A DNA stretch of 38,501 bases from Candidatus Bipolaricaulia bacterium (GTDB lineage: Bacteria > Bipolaricaulota > Bipolaricaulia > M55B111): assembly GCA_042218715.1 (NCBI GenBank), contig JBDGQU010000197.1, positions 1 to 38,501 of the forward strand, written 5' to 3'. Below, one piece after another: positions 26,862 to 37,579 of this stretch. Below the pieces are notes generated by a model. It was not told the DNA's origin. It saw only the letters and a program-made list of their open reading frames with translations, and made no database searches. The stretch's first letter is position 1, and each line of letters opens with the position of its first letter. Both the position numbers and the translations under genes were made by a program.

Positions 26862-27725
26862 GTGGTAGGTGTGGATAATAAAAGAAAAATTGAAGTTGCG
26901 TTTCAGGGTGAACCGGGAGCCTATAGCGAACAGGCGTTAAATAAGTACTACGAGGGAGAAGGGATTTCGGTAAAGGGAATCCCCAGAGAATCTCTGGAAG
27001 ACGTGATTCTGGGGGTGGAGATGGGGGAAGCTCAGCTGGCTATAGTCCCGGTCGAAAATTCTATCGGCGGGTACGTTGATAGGTCTTACAAGCTGATTTC
27101 CCAGGGAAGCGTTCACGTGACCGGTGAAGTCTATCTTCGTGTTAGACACTCACTTCTCGGGGTAAAGGGAACTGAGGTGTCGGAAGTAGATACCGTATAT
27201 TCTCACCCCCAGGCTCTTAAACAGTGCAGGGAAGTGTTGACCAATCTCAATGTAGAGACACACGCTACCTACGATACTGCGGGATCCGCGAAGATGGTCA
27301 AACAGAAAAAAGACGAGAGAGTGGCCGCTATCGCAAGTAAGTTTGCGGGGGAAAAGTACGACCTAAAGGTGCTAATGGAAGATATCCAGTCGTCCGATCG
27401 TAACCATACAAGGTTTCTCCTGGTTGCCAGGAAGCCAGAAAAAGAGGTAATCGATGGATTGGATTATAAGACTACTATAACGTTCGAGCTCGGGGACGGT
27501 CCGGGATCCCTGTATAGTTGTTTGGCCCCGTTTGCCGAGAAGGACATAAACCTCACAATGATCCAATCGAGGCCAACAGAAACTGGAAGGTGGGAATATC
27601 ACTTTGACCTGGAACTGGAAGGTCACAGAGAAGATGATCAGGTTAAGACAGCTATAAAAGAATTGAATAGACTTGTGCCGGAGGTCCACGTGCTCGGGTC
27701 CTATCCCAAAGGTAAAATTTCTTAA
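26862..27725 (+). CDS. pheA: Prephenate dehydratase (PDT + ACT)
   Basis: FQGEPGAYSE, PVENS..G, SHPQAL.QC, NHTRF, NLT.IQSRP, LGSYP. Confidence 0.93.
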   Translation: MVGVDNKRKIEVAFQGEPGAYSEQALNKYYEGEGISVKGIPRESLEDVILGVEMGEAQLAIVPVENSIGGYVDRSYKLISQGSVHVTGEVYLRVRHSLLGVKGTEVSEVDTVYSHPQALKQCREVLTNLNVETHATYDTAGSAKMVKQKKDERVAAIASKFAGEKYDLKVLMEDIQSSDRNHTRFLLVARKPEKEVIDGLDYKTTITFELGDGPGSLYSCLAPFAEKDINLTMIQSRPTETGRWEYHFDLELEGHREDDQVKTAIKELNRLVPEVHVLGSYPKGKIS

Positions 27726-27788
27726 AATAAAGTTATTTCAATGTATCACCGTTTTTCCTTGTATTTTTTTCCTTATTACCGAGTACCC

Positions 27789-27817
27789 TTGACAGTTTAA
27801 CTTCTATGACCTAAAAT
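27789..27817 (+). promoter_or_regulatory. Strong sigma70-type promoter of the ilv-leu operon
   Basis: TTGACA-17 bp-TAAAAT. Confidence 0.75.
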
Positions 27818-27838
27818 GCTTTAAACTTAGGTGAAAAT

Positions 27839-27985
27839 ATGGGGTCAATAAAGGACGTTGTTTTCGATAAAGGTAGGTATGCCGGGACTATTGATGGCTC
27901 CATGAGAGGTATCACTCCTAGCCCAATCGAATTGTCAATTTCTTTCTCTTTCTTAATTACCCTCGTAGTTATTCTGCCCCTCTAG
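27839..27985 (+). CDS. Putative ilv-leu attenuation leader peptide (48 aa)
   Basis: AGGTG RBS; MGSIKDVVFDKGRYAGTIDGSMRGITPSPIELSISFSFLITLVVILPL*. Eight of the last ten codons are Leu/Ile/Val; the stop lies inside the TGCCCC-TCTA-GGGGCA hairpin. Confidence 0.65.
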   Translation: MGSIKDVVFDKGRYAGTIDGSMRGITPSPIELSISFSFLITLVVILPL

Positions 27986-28088
27986 GGGCAATTACTTCTG
28001 TATTAGAACCTTTCCATAGATCTATTTTTCAAATTTAAAAAATTTTCAAGTTAATCTAACAACCATGAGTATTTTGGAGGTTGCCGCT

Positions 28089-28361
28089 ATGAACCGAGAA
28101 GTAATACATAAAAGAGAATTTACGGATCAGGCCACTGAAAAAGTAGAGAACACTGGTTCTTCCTGTCCCGAGTGTGGAGAAGAATTGGTGGCTACCAGGC
28201 GGGGAGTTACGTCAGCGTTTCCTTCTCCGGCGCTGGAGCGAAAGAGTTGTACAAACTCAAGCTGTAATTACTTCAGATACGTAAAGCTTAATTCTGACGG
28301 ATTTGCGGATAGGGGAGCTTCGAGCCCAAAAAGGAGCACAGATTGCGCAGCGACAAAATAA
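28089..28361 (+). CDS. Small C4 zinc-ribbon protein
   Basis: GGAGG RBS before ATG 28089; CPECG...CTNSSC; 3' end overlaps the ilvD start. Confidence 0.6.
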   Translation: MNREVIHKREFTDQATEKVENTGSSCPECGEELVATRRGVTSAFPSPALERKSCTNSSCNYFRYVKLNSDGFADRGASSPKRSTDCAATK

Positions 28362-30031
28362 AGAAAGGTACTGAAAAGGCTCCCCACAGGTCTTTGATGA
28401 GGGCGGCCGGTCTGGATGGAAGTGAAATAGATAGACCGATTATAGGTCTAGCTAATTCGTACAACGAGTTTGTTCCCGGCCACGTTCACCTTGATGAACT
28501 GGGAAAAGTCGTCAAGCGCGGCGTAACCCTGGGGGGCGGGACGCCAATCGAGTTCAACACCGTAGCTGTTGACGACGGCATAGCAATGGGGCACGAAGGG
28601 ATGTTTGCTTCTCTGCCGTCCCGGGAAGTTATAGCCGATTCAGTGGAATTACAGGGATTTGCCCATCAATTTGACGGACTGGTGCTTCTGGCTTCTTGTG
28701 ACAAGATATTGCCCGGGATGTTGATGGGGGCGGCCAGACTGGACTTGCCTACAGTTGTTGTCACTGGCGGACCCATGGAAGCTGGTTGTTCACAGGGGAA
28801 GTCAATGGACCTATCAACCGTATTTGAAGCAGTTCCCAAGGTAAAACAAGGAGAAATGGGGAAAGATGAACTGCTGGAAATTGAAAAACACGCCTGTCCT
28901 GGGGCGGGGTCCTGTGCCGGGATGTTTACCGCTAACACCATGGGTGCCGTCGTAGAATCAATGGGGTTAAGTTTTCCGTACGCAGGTACAGCACCGGCGA
29001 AGTCCACCTGGCGGGATAATATCGCTCGTGAAAGCGGTAAAAGAGTAGTAAAACTGGTCGAAGGCGAAACAGGAATGAGCGAGTTTTTAACTAAAGAGAG
29101 TTTTAGAAACGGGTTAAAAGTCGGAATGGCCCTTGGCGGATCTACTAATATGGTGCTACACCAATTGGCTCTCGCAAATGAATCAGGGGTCGAGTTCAAT
29201 CTGGATGACATAGGTGAAGTTGGCCAAACAACGCCCCACTTAGTTGAAATGAGTCCCGCTGGGCCACACAGGGTAGAGGACCTTCATGAAGCGGGTGGTG
29301 TCCCTGCCGTGATGAAAAATATGAGAAACGAGCTGGCTGTGGAAGTACCCGTAACGGAAGGAGGAGAGGTAAAAGATCGGCTAGAAGAGGAAAGCGAAGC
29401 CGATAAGGCGATTATTAAGGATATGTCCAACCCAGCCCACGATAAAGGATCAATTGCCGTCTTGAAGGGTAGTATGGCTCCCAGAGGAGGAATAGTAAAG
29501 CGGACGGCGGTAGATGAGAGTATGCTAAGGCATGAAGGGCCGGCAAAAGTATTTAATTCGGAAGAGGAAACTGTGCGAGCAATAGACGACGGATGTATAG
29601 AACCTGGAGACGTAATAGTTATTAGGTACGAAGGACCGAAAGGGGGGCCCGGGATGAGGGAAATGTTAACCCCTACGAGCAGAATAAGTGGTGGAAGCTT
29701 AGCGGGCAAGGTGGCTTTAATTACCGATGGGAGATTTAGTGGCGCCACGAGAGGTGCGGCAATAGGTCATGTAGCCCCTGAGGCTGCTACCGGAGGTCCG
29801 ATTGCTTTCGTGGAAGACGGTGACCCGATCGAGATTGATATCCCGGAAGGAAGATTAGAGCTAAAAATATCCCCCGAAGAGCTGACTAACAGGAGTGAAG
29901 AAAAGATCCAGGGTAAGAAGAAGACAAATACGTACGGCAGAAAGTTTCTGGCAAAATATTCGCAACTAGTTTCCGGTGCGGACGAAGGTGCCATTCTGAA
30001 AACCGGAGAATCGAATGGAGGAGATATATAA
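28343..30031 (+). CDS. ilvD: Dihydroxy-acid dehydratase
   Basis: [59 protein letters not shown]; TTG start after AAGGAG. Confidence 0.96.
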   Translation: MRSDKIKKGTEKAPHRSLMRAAGLDGSEIDRPIIGLANSYNEFVPGHVHLDELGKVVKRGVTLGGGTPIEFNTVAVDDGIAMGHEGMFASLPSREVIADSVELQGFAHQFDGLVLLASCDKILPGMLMGAARLDLPTVVVTGGPMEAGCSQGKSMDLSTVFEAVPKVKQGEMGKDELLEIEKHACPGAGSCAGMFTANTMGAVVESMGLSFPYAGTAPAKSTWRDNIARESGKRVVKLVEGETGMSEFLTKESFRNGLKVGMALGGSTNMVLHQLALANESGVEFNLDDIGEVGQTTPHLVEMSPAGPHRVEDLHEAGGVPAVMKNMRNELAVEVPVTEGGEVKDRLEEESEADKAIIKDMSNPAHDKGSIAVLKGSMAPRGGIVKRTAVDESMLRHEGPAKVFNSEEETVRAIDDGCIEPGDVIVIRYEGPKGGPGMREMLTPTSRISGGSLAGKVALITDGRFSGATRGAAIGHVAPEAATGGPIAFVEDGDPIEIDIPEGRLELKISPEELTNRSEEKIQGKKKTNTYGRKFLAKYSQLVSGADEGAILKTGESNGGDI

Positions 30032-31815
30032 TGGCTCAGTCGAAAGAGAAAAATGAATTAACTACGGCTACTAAAAAGAGACCGGAACAGGAGGACGACG
30101 GTTCCAAACAAAAACGCGAAATAACGGGCGCGAAAGCGGTGGTAAAAAGTCTAGAGGAACAGGGAACCGAGGTAATATTTGGCATTATCGGCGGAGCTAT
30201 AATGCCGATTTACGACGAACTGGGTAAATCGGAAAAACTCAGGCACGTAACGACGACCCACGAGCAGGGCGCGATACATGCCGCTGACGCTTATGCCAGG
30301 GTAGCGGATAAACCGGGAGTGGTGTTTGCAACCAGTGGCCCGGGAGCGTCGAACCTGATGACCGGAGTTGCCAATGCTTATATGGATTCTTCGCCGGTGA
30401 TTTCATTTACCGGTCAGGTAGCTACCCCTTTAATCGGACAGGATTCCTTTCAAGAAGTTGACGTAAGAGGAATGAGTGACCCGATAACTAAGCATAACTA
30501 CCTGGTAATGGAGCCGGAAGAAATTCCCGAAACCGTGAGGGAGGGGTTTCACCTCGCCCAGTCGGGAAGACCGGGCCCGGTTGTAATAGATTTGCCCAAG
30601 GACGTGCAGATGGGGGAGTTGACCTGGTATGAGGACCGAACAAAAGTTGAGGGAGTTGAAGGCTTCGAAGTAGATAACAGCGTCGATAAGCAAAGCGTGA
30701 AAAACATTTCGGAAAGCCTCTTGTCAGCCGATAGACCAGTAGTGCTGATAGGAGGAGGGATAGCCCAGTCCGGAGCGAAGGAAGAACTAATGAGCGTTGT
30801 CAACCAGCTGGAACTTCCCGTGGCAAGTTCTCTAATGGGCCTTGGTTGTGTAAATTCTCGTGATCCCCATTTCATTGGGATGGTCGGAATGCACGGTTCG
30901 GGACCGGCAAACAAAGCCGTTGCGAAATCGGATTTTCTGCTGGCGGTAGGAACAAGACTCGATGATAGAATTACGGGAAACGTGGATGAATTCGCGCCCA
31001 ACGCGGAGATCGCTCACGTAGATATAGACCCGGCGGAAATGGGGAAGATCGTACAACCGGACTACCCCGTAGTTGGGGACGCAAAGAAAGTTTTGTCTTA
31101 TCTCTACGATGAGGTCGAAGGAAAGGACCACCGTCCTGAAAACTGGTGGAGACAAATAAAAGACTGGTTTGAAAAGTACTCAATGGAACCCCGGGAAGAG
31201 GATTCGGTGCTGAAACCTCAGGAAGTAGTTAAGGCTTTGAGTGACCTCACAGACGATGAGACCGTGGTCACTACCGGCGTAGGACAGCATCAGATGTGGG
31301 CGGCCCAATATTACGAGTTTTCATATCCGAATCAGTTAATAACCAGTGGAGGGCTAGGCACTATGGGATTTGGGTTCCCAGCGGCTATTGGTGCCAAAGT
31401 GGCTGCGCCGGACAGGAAAGTAGTTTCCGTGACGGGCGATGGATCGTTCCAGATGAATATTCAGGAGTTAACTACTGCAGTACGAGAAGAGCTTCCCATT
31501 ACAGTAGTAATTCTCCGGAATGGCTCTCTCGGAATGGTACGTCAATGGCAACAGCTTTTCTTCGATAACAGATTGGTAGAAACTCTAATAGACGAAGGCA
31601 CACCCTCTTTAGCAGAGGTTACTGAAGCTTACGGAGGAAAGGGTCTCACAGTAGCTGAACGAGAGGACCTTCGACCGAGCCTGGAAAAGGCACTCGACTA
31701 TGAAGGTGGGCCGTCGGTAGTGGAATGTTTAGTGGCAGAGGAAGAAAATGTTTTTCCGATGGTTCCGGCTGGCGCGGCAAATAAAGACTTTATTCTGGGG
31801 GAAGACGATGCCTAA
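30031..31815 (+). CDS. ilvB: Acetolactate synthase large subunit
   Basis: HEQGA.HAAD.YAR, TSGPGA, GRPGPV, GQHQMW, SGGLGTMG, GDGSFQMN, LGMVRQWQ. Confidence 0.96.
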   Translation: MAQSKEKNELTTATKKRPEQEDDGSKQKREITGAKAVVKSLEEQGTEVIFGIIGGAIMPIYDELGKSEKLRHVTTTHEQGAIHAADAYARVADKPGVVFATSGPGASNLMTGVANAYMDSSPVISFTGQVATPLIGQDSFQEVDVRGMSDPITKHNYLVMEPEEIPETVREGFHLAQSGRPGPVVIDLPKDVQMGELTWYEDRTKVEGVEGFEVDNSVDKQSVKNISESLLSADRPVVLIGGGIAQSGAKEELMSVVNQLELPVASSLMGLGCVNSRDPHFIGMVGMHGSGPANKAVAKSDFLLAVGTRLDDRITGNVDEFAPNAEIAHVDIDPAEMGKIVQPDYPVVGDAKKVLSYLYDEVEGKDHRPENWWRQIKDWFEKYSMEPREEDSVLKPQEVVKALSDLTDDETVVTTGVGQHQMWAAQYYEFSYPNQLITSGGLGTMGFGFPAAIGAKVAAPDRKVVSVTGDGSFQMNIQELTTAVREELPITVVILRNGSLGMVRQWQQLFFDNRLVETLIDEGTPSLAEVTEAYGGKGLTVAEREDLRPSLEKALDYEGGPSVVECLVAEEENVFPMVPAGAANKDFILGEDDA

Positions 31816-32326
31816 ACCCGAAGAAGAACAGCTTCATCCGCTGACGGCTTTGGTGAAAAATGAGAGCGGGGTACTCTCCCGCCTGTCAGGGTTATTTGCT
31901 CGAAGAGGGTTCAATATAGATAGCCTCGCAGTAGGGGAGACCACCGACTCGAGGTACTCCAGGATGTCAATAATCGTCAAAGGAGACAGAGAGGTACTGG
32001 ATCAAGTGGTTAAACAGTTGAATAAACAGGTGGACGTGATTTCCGTAAAAGATCTTTCAGATACGTCCCACGTGGAGAGGGAATTGTCGCTTATAAAGGT
32101 TCATGCGGGAACGGAAAACAGAAGCGAAATAATTGAACTGGCCGACATATTTAAGGCGAAGGTTACCGACGTGGGCAAAGATTTCATGATAGTGGAAGCG
32201 ACCGGAAACGCCGACAAAGTTGAAGCGCTGGAAGATTTGCTGGAAGAGTTTGGTATCGAAGAAATTGCTCGAACCGGCAGAGTCGTCCTGGAACGGGCAG
32301 AAAAAAAGAAAGAAACGAAATCTTAA
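31808..32326 (+). CDS. ilvN: Acetolactate synthase small (regulatory) subunit
   Basis: [47 protein letters not shown]; ATG 31808 overlaps the end of ilvB. Confidence 0.94.
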   Translation: MPKPEEEQLHPLTALVKNESGVLSRLSGLFARRGFNIDSLAVGETTDSRYSRMSIIVKGDREVLDQVVKQLNKQVDVISVKDLSDTSHVERELSLIKVHAGTENRSEIIELADIFKAKVTDVGKDFMIVEATGNADKVEALEDLLEEFGIEEIARTGRVVLERAEKKKETKS

Positions 32327-32346
32327 AAGATATTAAGGAGGATATT

Positions 32347-33333
32347 TTGTCAGCTACAGTTTTCTATTCCGAGGATGCGGAGAAAGGTTACATTTCCGAT
32401 AAAAAAGTTGCGGTCATTGGGTATGGGAGTCAGGGAAGAGGTCAGGCCCAGAACCTAAAAGATAGCGGCGTGGATGTCGTGGTAGGCTTAAGGGAAGGTA
32501 GCTCATCTAAAATGGTTGCGGAAGACGATGGCCTGGAGGTAGCCAGTATAGAAAAGGCGGCGGAAGCGGGTAATATAGTTCAGCTATTAATTCCGGACAA
32601 CGTCCAGCCCGAGGTATATAGGAAGAAAATTGAACCCCATCTGAGCCCTGGTGACGCGCTATTTTTTTCTCACGGATTCAATATTCATTTCAATCAAATT
32701 CAACCACCGGACAATGTCGACGTCGTCATGGTTGCTCCGAAAGGACCGGGAAACCTGGTACGTAGAGTTTACAAAGAGGGGGAAGGAGTCCCCGCACTTT
32801 TAGCAATATATCAGGATTACACCGGAGAATCCAGGGACATAGGACTTGCTTACTCTCACGCCCTGGGGGCTACTAGAGCCGGAGTGATCTTGACTACGTT
32901 CAAAGAGGAGACGGAAACAGACCTCTTTGGTGAACAAGCCGTATTGTGTGGTGGAGTTACCGAACTAATCAAAGCAGGATTTGAGACTTTAACTGAAGAA
33001 GGCTATCAGCCGGAAATCGCGTATTTCGAAGTGTTAAATGAACTGAAATTGATAGTCGACCTGATATACGAAGGTGGGTTGACAGAAATGAGGAGATCGA
33101 TAAGCGATACGGCAGAATACGGTGATCTTACCAGAGGAAAGAGGGTAATTGGAGAAGAAAGCAGGGAAGCGATGAAGCAGTTGCTAAAAGAAGTCAAGTC
33201 GGGCGAGTTTGCCCGGGAATGGATATCCGAAAACAAGGCAAATAGACCTCAGTTTACCAGGTTACAGAGTATGGATGAAAACCACGAAATCGAAGAGGTT
33301 GGCCGGAAGTTAAGAGAAATGATAACCCGATAG
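32347..33333 (+). CDS. ilvC: Ketol-acid reductoisomerase
   Basis: [43 protein letters not shown]; TTG start after AAGGAGG. Confidence 0.96.
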   Translation: MSATVFYSEDAEKGYISDKKVAVIGYGSQGRGQAQNLKDSGVDVVVGLREGSSSKMVAEDDGLEVASIEKAAEAGNIVQLLIPDNVQPEVYRKKIEPHLSPGDALFFSHGFNIHFNQIQPPDNVDVVMVAPKGPGNLVRRVYKEGEGVPALLAIYQDYTGESRDIGLAYSHALGATRAGVILTTFKEETETDLFGEQAVLCGGVTELIKAGFETLTEEGYQPEIAYFEVLNELKLIVDLIYEGGLTEMRRSISDTAEYGDLTRGKRVIGEESREAMKQLLKEVKSGEFAREWISENKANRPQFTRLQSMDENHEIEEVGRKLREMITR

Positions 33334-33345
33334 GTGTAATAAATA

Positions 33346-34899
33346 ATGGAAAACAGAAGGGTAGAAATATTTGATACGACCTTGAGGGACGGGGAACAAA
33401 CACCAGGGTTGAGTTTTCCCCGGGAAGAAAAACTTGAAATTGCTCGGGAACTGGATCATCTGGGGGTTGACGTTATTGAAGCGGGATTTCCTGCTAGCTC
33501 TGAGGAGGAAATGGAATCGGTCGGGGAAATTGTCAGGGAAGTAGAAACTCCGGTATGTGGTCTGGCCAGGATAAAGAAAAAAGATCTTAAACCCGCGTTC
33601 GATTCGGGGGTAGAAATAGTCCACCTTTTCGCGTCAACCTCGGAAATACAGATGAAGAAATCGATGAAGATGTCCCGGGAAGAAGTATTGGAGCAGTCGG
33701 TTAAGATAGTATCGGAGGTCAAAAAAGCGGGAAAAACCTGTATTTTCAGCCCCATGGACGCATCGAGGACCGAAAGTGACTATCTTTTGGATATCAGTGA
33801 GGCAGTTAAGGACGCCGGAGTAGATATGATTAACGTTCCGGACACCGTAGGTATTTCCCTGCCCAAAGAGATAGAGGAAATGGTGTCAGCGGTAAAAAAC
33901 AAAATTGATTTACCTCTGAGTGTCCACTGTCACGACGACTATGGGCTGGCGGTAGCGAATTCTGTAGCGGGAGTAAGGGGAGGTGCAGACCAGATACAGG
34001 TTACGATAAACGGCCTGGGCGAAAGGGCTGGAAATGCTTCCCTTGAGGAGACGGTAATGAACGTAGAGAGGTTGGAAGGTTTTTACACCGGGATAGAAAA
34101 GAAATCCCTCTTCAAGGCTTCCAAGCTGGTTGAAAGATTGAGCGGAATTCAATTATCGCCGACGAAGCCCATTGTCGGGAGAAACGCGTTTTCTCACGAG
34201 AGTGGTATTCACGCAGCGGGAATGGTGGAGGACGAAAGCACGTTTGAACCGGAGTTGATGGACCCCGAAACGGTGGGTCACAGAAGGAGATTTATCGTCG
34301 GTAAGCACGCTGGAAGACAGGGACTGAGAAAAGTTCTAACAGAAGCTGGGCTGGAGCCGTCCGAGTCCGAAGTTAACCAAATACTAAAGAAGGTTAAATC
34401 CATCAGCAGCAATGGTAAGAAACTTTCCGAAGCGGACCTCTACGCAATAGCGGAAACAGAACTGGGGAAGCCAACCGAAAAAGAGCTCGTAGAACTGGAT
34501 CAGGTATTTGTTATGACCGGTGACAACGCTACACCAACTGCCACCATTACCGCGAGAGTGGAGGGAGAAGAAAGAACGGAATCTGGCAACGGGGTTGGGC
34601 CACTAGATGCCGTTTTCAAAGCGATGAGGAAAATCATTGGCGAAAAAAAACAGATAAAAATTTCCGAATTTCGAATTGATGCGATTACCGGGGGAAGTGA
34701 CGCGGTTGCTAACGTTGTTATCGCTCTTGAAGACGAACGGGGTACCGCCGCCGAGGCCCGGGGAACAGGAGACGACATAGTTATTGCGAGCGTAGAGGCG
34801 CTGCTAAATGCTGTTAATCTCCTTGCAAGGAAGGACGATGAGGAACGAAATGAAAAAAAAGTTGACGATAATGAGGAAAAACCTAAAACCTCGAGCTAG
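33346..34899 (+). CDS. leuA: 2-isopropylmalate synthase (archaeal-like)
   Basis: [30 protein letters not shown]; C-terminal regulatory domain ([13 protein letters not shown]). Confidence 0.85.
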   Translation: MENRRVEIFDTTLRDGEQTPGLSFPREEKLEIARELDHLGVDVIEAGFPASSEEEMESVGEIVREVETPVCGLARIKKKDLKPAFDSGVEIVHLFASTSEIQMKKSMKMSREEVLEQSVKIVSEVKKAGKTCIFSPMDASRTESDYLLDISEAVKDAGVDMINVPDTVGISLPKEIEEMVSAVKNKIDLPLSVHCHDDYGLAVANSVAGVRGGADQIQVTINGLGERAGNASLEETVMNVERLEGFYTGIEKKSLFKASKLVERLSGIQLSPTKPIVGRNAFSHESGIHAAGMVEDESTFEPELMDPETVGHRRRFIVGKHAGRQGLRKVLTEAGLEPSESEVNQILKKVKSISSNGKKLSEADLYAIAETELGKPTEKELVELDQVFVMTGDNATPTATITARVEGEERTESGNGVGPLDAVFKAMRKIIGEKKQIKISEFRIDAITGGSDAVANVVIALEDERGTAAEARGTGDDIVIASVEALLNAVNLLARKDDEERNEKKVDDNEEKPKTSS

Positions 34900-34983
34900 A
34901 TTGTTAAATGGTTGGGGGTTTACGTCGACTCGGTCAAGACTAATCCAGTGTGTAACTAAAAAGGCAAATAAAAGGTGAGATAA

Positions 34984-35964
34984 ATGAAAGACGTTGCTGT
35001 AATACCAGGAGACGGGGTAGGCTCGGAAGTAGTAGAGGCGGCGGTTTGGATACTGAAAAATATGCCGATTGAGATTGAGTTTGAGAGTTACCCTGCCGGC
35101 GATGAGGTGCTTGCAGATCGTGGTACGGCATTGCCTGAAGAAACTCTATCTGCGGCCAGAGAGGCAAACGCTGTTTTACTGGGAGCGGTGGGGGATACTG
35201 CCGCGGATGTGGTGATAAAGTTGAGACAGGAACTTGATACTTACGTTAACCTGAGACCAATAAAGGCTTACCCGGGTGTAGATTGTGTAGATCCTAACAC
35301 GGATCTGGTCATTGTGAGAGAAAATACTGAATGCCTTTATTCGGGAATAGAAAATGAAATTGTACCCGGTGTAACTACGGCAACGCGGGTCATATCGGAG
35401 GTCGCGAGCAAGCGGATTGCTGAGTACGCGTTTGACTACGCAAAATCGGAAGGGAGGCCTCTGGTAAGTGCTATTCACAAAAACAACGTACTTCCCGTGA
35501 CGGGTGGCCAATTTCTCGAAGCTGTAGAGTCGATAGCAGATAAGTACGATACGGAATACGAAGATATTCTCGTTGACGCGGCAGCCCTTTACCTAGTCAA
35601 GGAACCCGAAAGATTTGAAGTTGTCCTTACAACTAACCTTTTTGGAGATATATTGTCAGATCTGTCCGCCGGACTCATTGGGGGTCTAGGTCTTTCACCC
35701 TCCGCGAATATAGGAGAAGATCACGGCTTGTTTGAGCCCGTTCACGGTACAGCACCCGATATCGCCGGCCAGGGCGTTGTAAATCCGACCGCCACTATAC
35801 TCTCGGCGAGCTATATGTTGAATTTCCTTGGCGAGCCTGAACAAGCTGATAAACTGGAAGAGGCTGTAGAGAAAACCCTTGCCAAAGGTGAGACGACTCC
35901 AGATCTAGGCGGTAATTTGAGTACGATGGAGATGGCCAGGGCAATTTCGAGGAGGTTAGGTTAG
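34984..35964 (+). CDS. leuB: 3-isopropylmalate dehydrogenase (short, archaeal-like type)
   Basis: IPGDGVG.EV, NLRP, VRENTE, HK.NV, NLFGDILSD, FEPVHGTAPDIAG; 326 aa. Confidence 0.85.
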   Translation: MKDVAVIPGDGVGSEVVEAAVWILKNMPIEIEFESYPAGDEVLADRGTALPEETLSAAREANAVLLGAVGDTAADVVIKLRQELDTYVNLRPIKAYPGVDCVDPNTDLVIVRENTECLYSGIENEIVPGVTTATRVISEVASKRIAEYAFDYAKSEGRPLVSAIHKNNVLPVTGGQFLEAVESIADKYDTEYEDILVDAAALYLVKEPERFEVVLTTNLFGDILSDLSAGLIGGLGLSPSANIGEDHGLFEPVHGTAPDIAGQGVVNPTATILSASYMLNFLGEPEQADKLEEAVEKTLAKGETTPDLGGNLSTMEMARAISRRLG

Positions 35965-35966
35965 TT

Positions 35967-37562
35967 ATGGATGGAAAAGACGTATTGGTGTTCGATACCA
36001 CTTTGAGGGATGGATCTCAGGGTCGGGATATAAACTTTTCCCTGGAAGATAAAATAAAGGTCGCACGGCGACTGGACGAGCTGGGAGTAGATTATATCGA
36101 AGCTGGTTGGGTACCGAGCAATCCAAAAGATACAAAATTTTTCGAAAAATTCGATCAAAGTGACCTGAACGAGGCGAAACTAGTTGCGTTGAGTAGCACA
36201 AGGAGGCCCAATACGGAGCCCGAGAAGGACAAAAACTTGCAGGGTTTGCTGGATTCAGGGGCTCCGGTAACCGGAGTGGTAGGAAAGAGCTGGCAACTTC
36301 ACGTGGACGAAGTTCTAGGTGTCTCTCAGGACGAGAATCTTGACATGATTGCAGAGTCCGTGTCTTACCTTAACGAAAATGGAAGGGAGGTGTTATACGA
36401 CGCGGAGCACTTCTTCGACGGGTATAAGGCGGATCCCGAGTACGCAATTGAAACACTAAAAGTTGCGGAAAAGGCCGGGGCGGAGATATTGTGTCTCTGT
36501 GATACGAATGGAGGTGCCACACCTACCGAGGTAAAGGATGTGATAGGCAGGGTCAGTGCAGCCGTAGACACCGAATTATCCATTCACGCTCACGATGACT
36601 CGGGGCTGGCAGTGGCCAACTCTCTTGTAGCCGTGGAATCCGGAGCTAAAGTAATTCAGGGCACGATAAACGGCTACGGGGAGCGTGTGGGTAACGCAAA
36701 TCTATGTACGCTAATTCCGGATTTAATGCTGAAAAAGAGTTTCAACTGCCTGAAATCTAAGGATAGTTTAAGTGAGCTCACGCCCGTGTCCCGGTTCGTC
36801 TCTGAGATAGCTAACAAACCCCCGGAGAAGAGGACACCGTTTGTCGGGGTCAACGCTTTCAGTCACAAAGCAGGTCTTCACGTGGATGCTGTTTTGAAAC
36901 AGCCCGAGACCTTCGAACACGTAACTCCTGAAGATGTGGGGAACGAACGGAGGTTCCTAGTTTCTGAACTTTCCGGAGGGAGTACAGTCGAGAAGAAATT
37001 AAAAAGTGTTGGGGTGGATATGGGAGATGAAGGAGAACCTCACAAGGAAGTTCTTGCCAATATAAAGAAACTGGAGGAGGACGGTTATCAATTCGAAAAC
37101 GCCGACGCCTCGTTTGCACTCCTGGCGAAACGAGTCCAGGGGGAGCTACCCGAGTTTTTTGAGGTTCTAGAATACGAGATTTTGACAACAAGAGTGGACG
37201 GTGAAGAACCAACGGCCAAGGCCAGCGTAAAGCTAAGAGTGGACGGTGAAGTACGAGACGCCATCGAACGAGGACACGGACCCGTTGACGCTCTGGATAA
37301 CGCTTTCCACAGATGTCTCAATAGCTTCTACCATTCGATCGAGAATATGAAGTTAACAAATTACAAAGTCCGTATACTCGAAAGCTACAGGGGAACAGCA
37401 GCCGTACCGAGGGTTATGATCGAAATGACGGACGGAGAAAAGACCTGGAATACGATTGGCGTATCCGAAGACGTAATTGAAGCGAGCTGGGAGGCCCTCC
37501 GGGACGGTTACATTTACGGATTACTAAGCGACCGGACGGAAGTTTCCGGTCACGTGGATTGA
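35967..37562 (+). CDS. cimA: Citramalate synthase (bacterial type)
   Basis: DTTLRDGSQG, SNPKD..FF, GKSW..HV, DAEHFFDG, CDTNGG, GYGER.GNANL, HKAGLH, NYKVRIL, ASWEAL. Confidence 0.9.
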   Translation: MDGKDVLVFDTTLRDGSQGRDINFSLEDKIKVARRLDELGVDYIEAGWVPSNPKDTKFFEKFDQSDLNEAKLVALSSTRRPNTEPEKDKNLQGLLDSGAPVTGVVGKSWQLHVDEVLGVSQDENLDMIAESVSYLNENGREVLYDAEHFFDGYKADPEYAIETLKVAEKAGAEILCLCDTNGGATPTEVKDVIGRVSAAVDTELSIHAHDDSGLAVANSLVAVESGAKVIQGTINGYGERVGNANLCTLIPDLMLKKSFNCLKSKDSLSELTPVSRFVSEIANKPPEKRTPFVGVNAFSHKAGLHVDAVLKQPETFEHVTPEDVGNERRFLVSELSGGSTVEKKLKSVGVDMGDEGEPHKEVLANIKKLEEDGYQFENADASFALLAKRVQGELPEFFEVLEYEILTTRVDGEEPTAKASVKLRVDGEVRDAIERGHGPVDALDNAFHRCLNSFYHSIENMKLTNYKVRILESYRGTAAVPRVMIEMTDGEKTWNTIGVSEDVIEASWEALRDGYIYGLLSDRTEVSGHVD

Positions 37563-37579
37563 AATATTGGACCTCCTTC

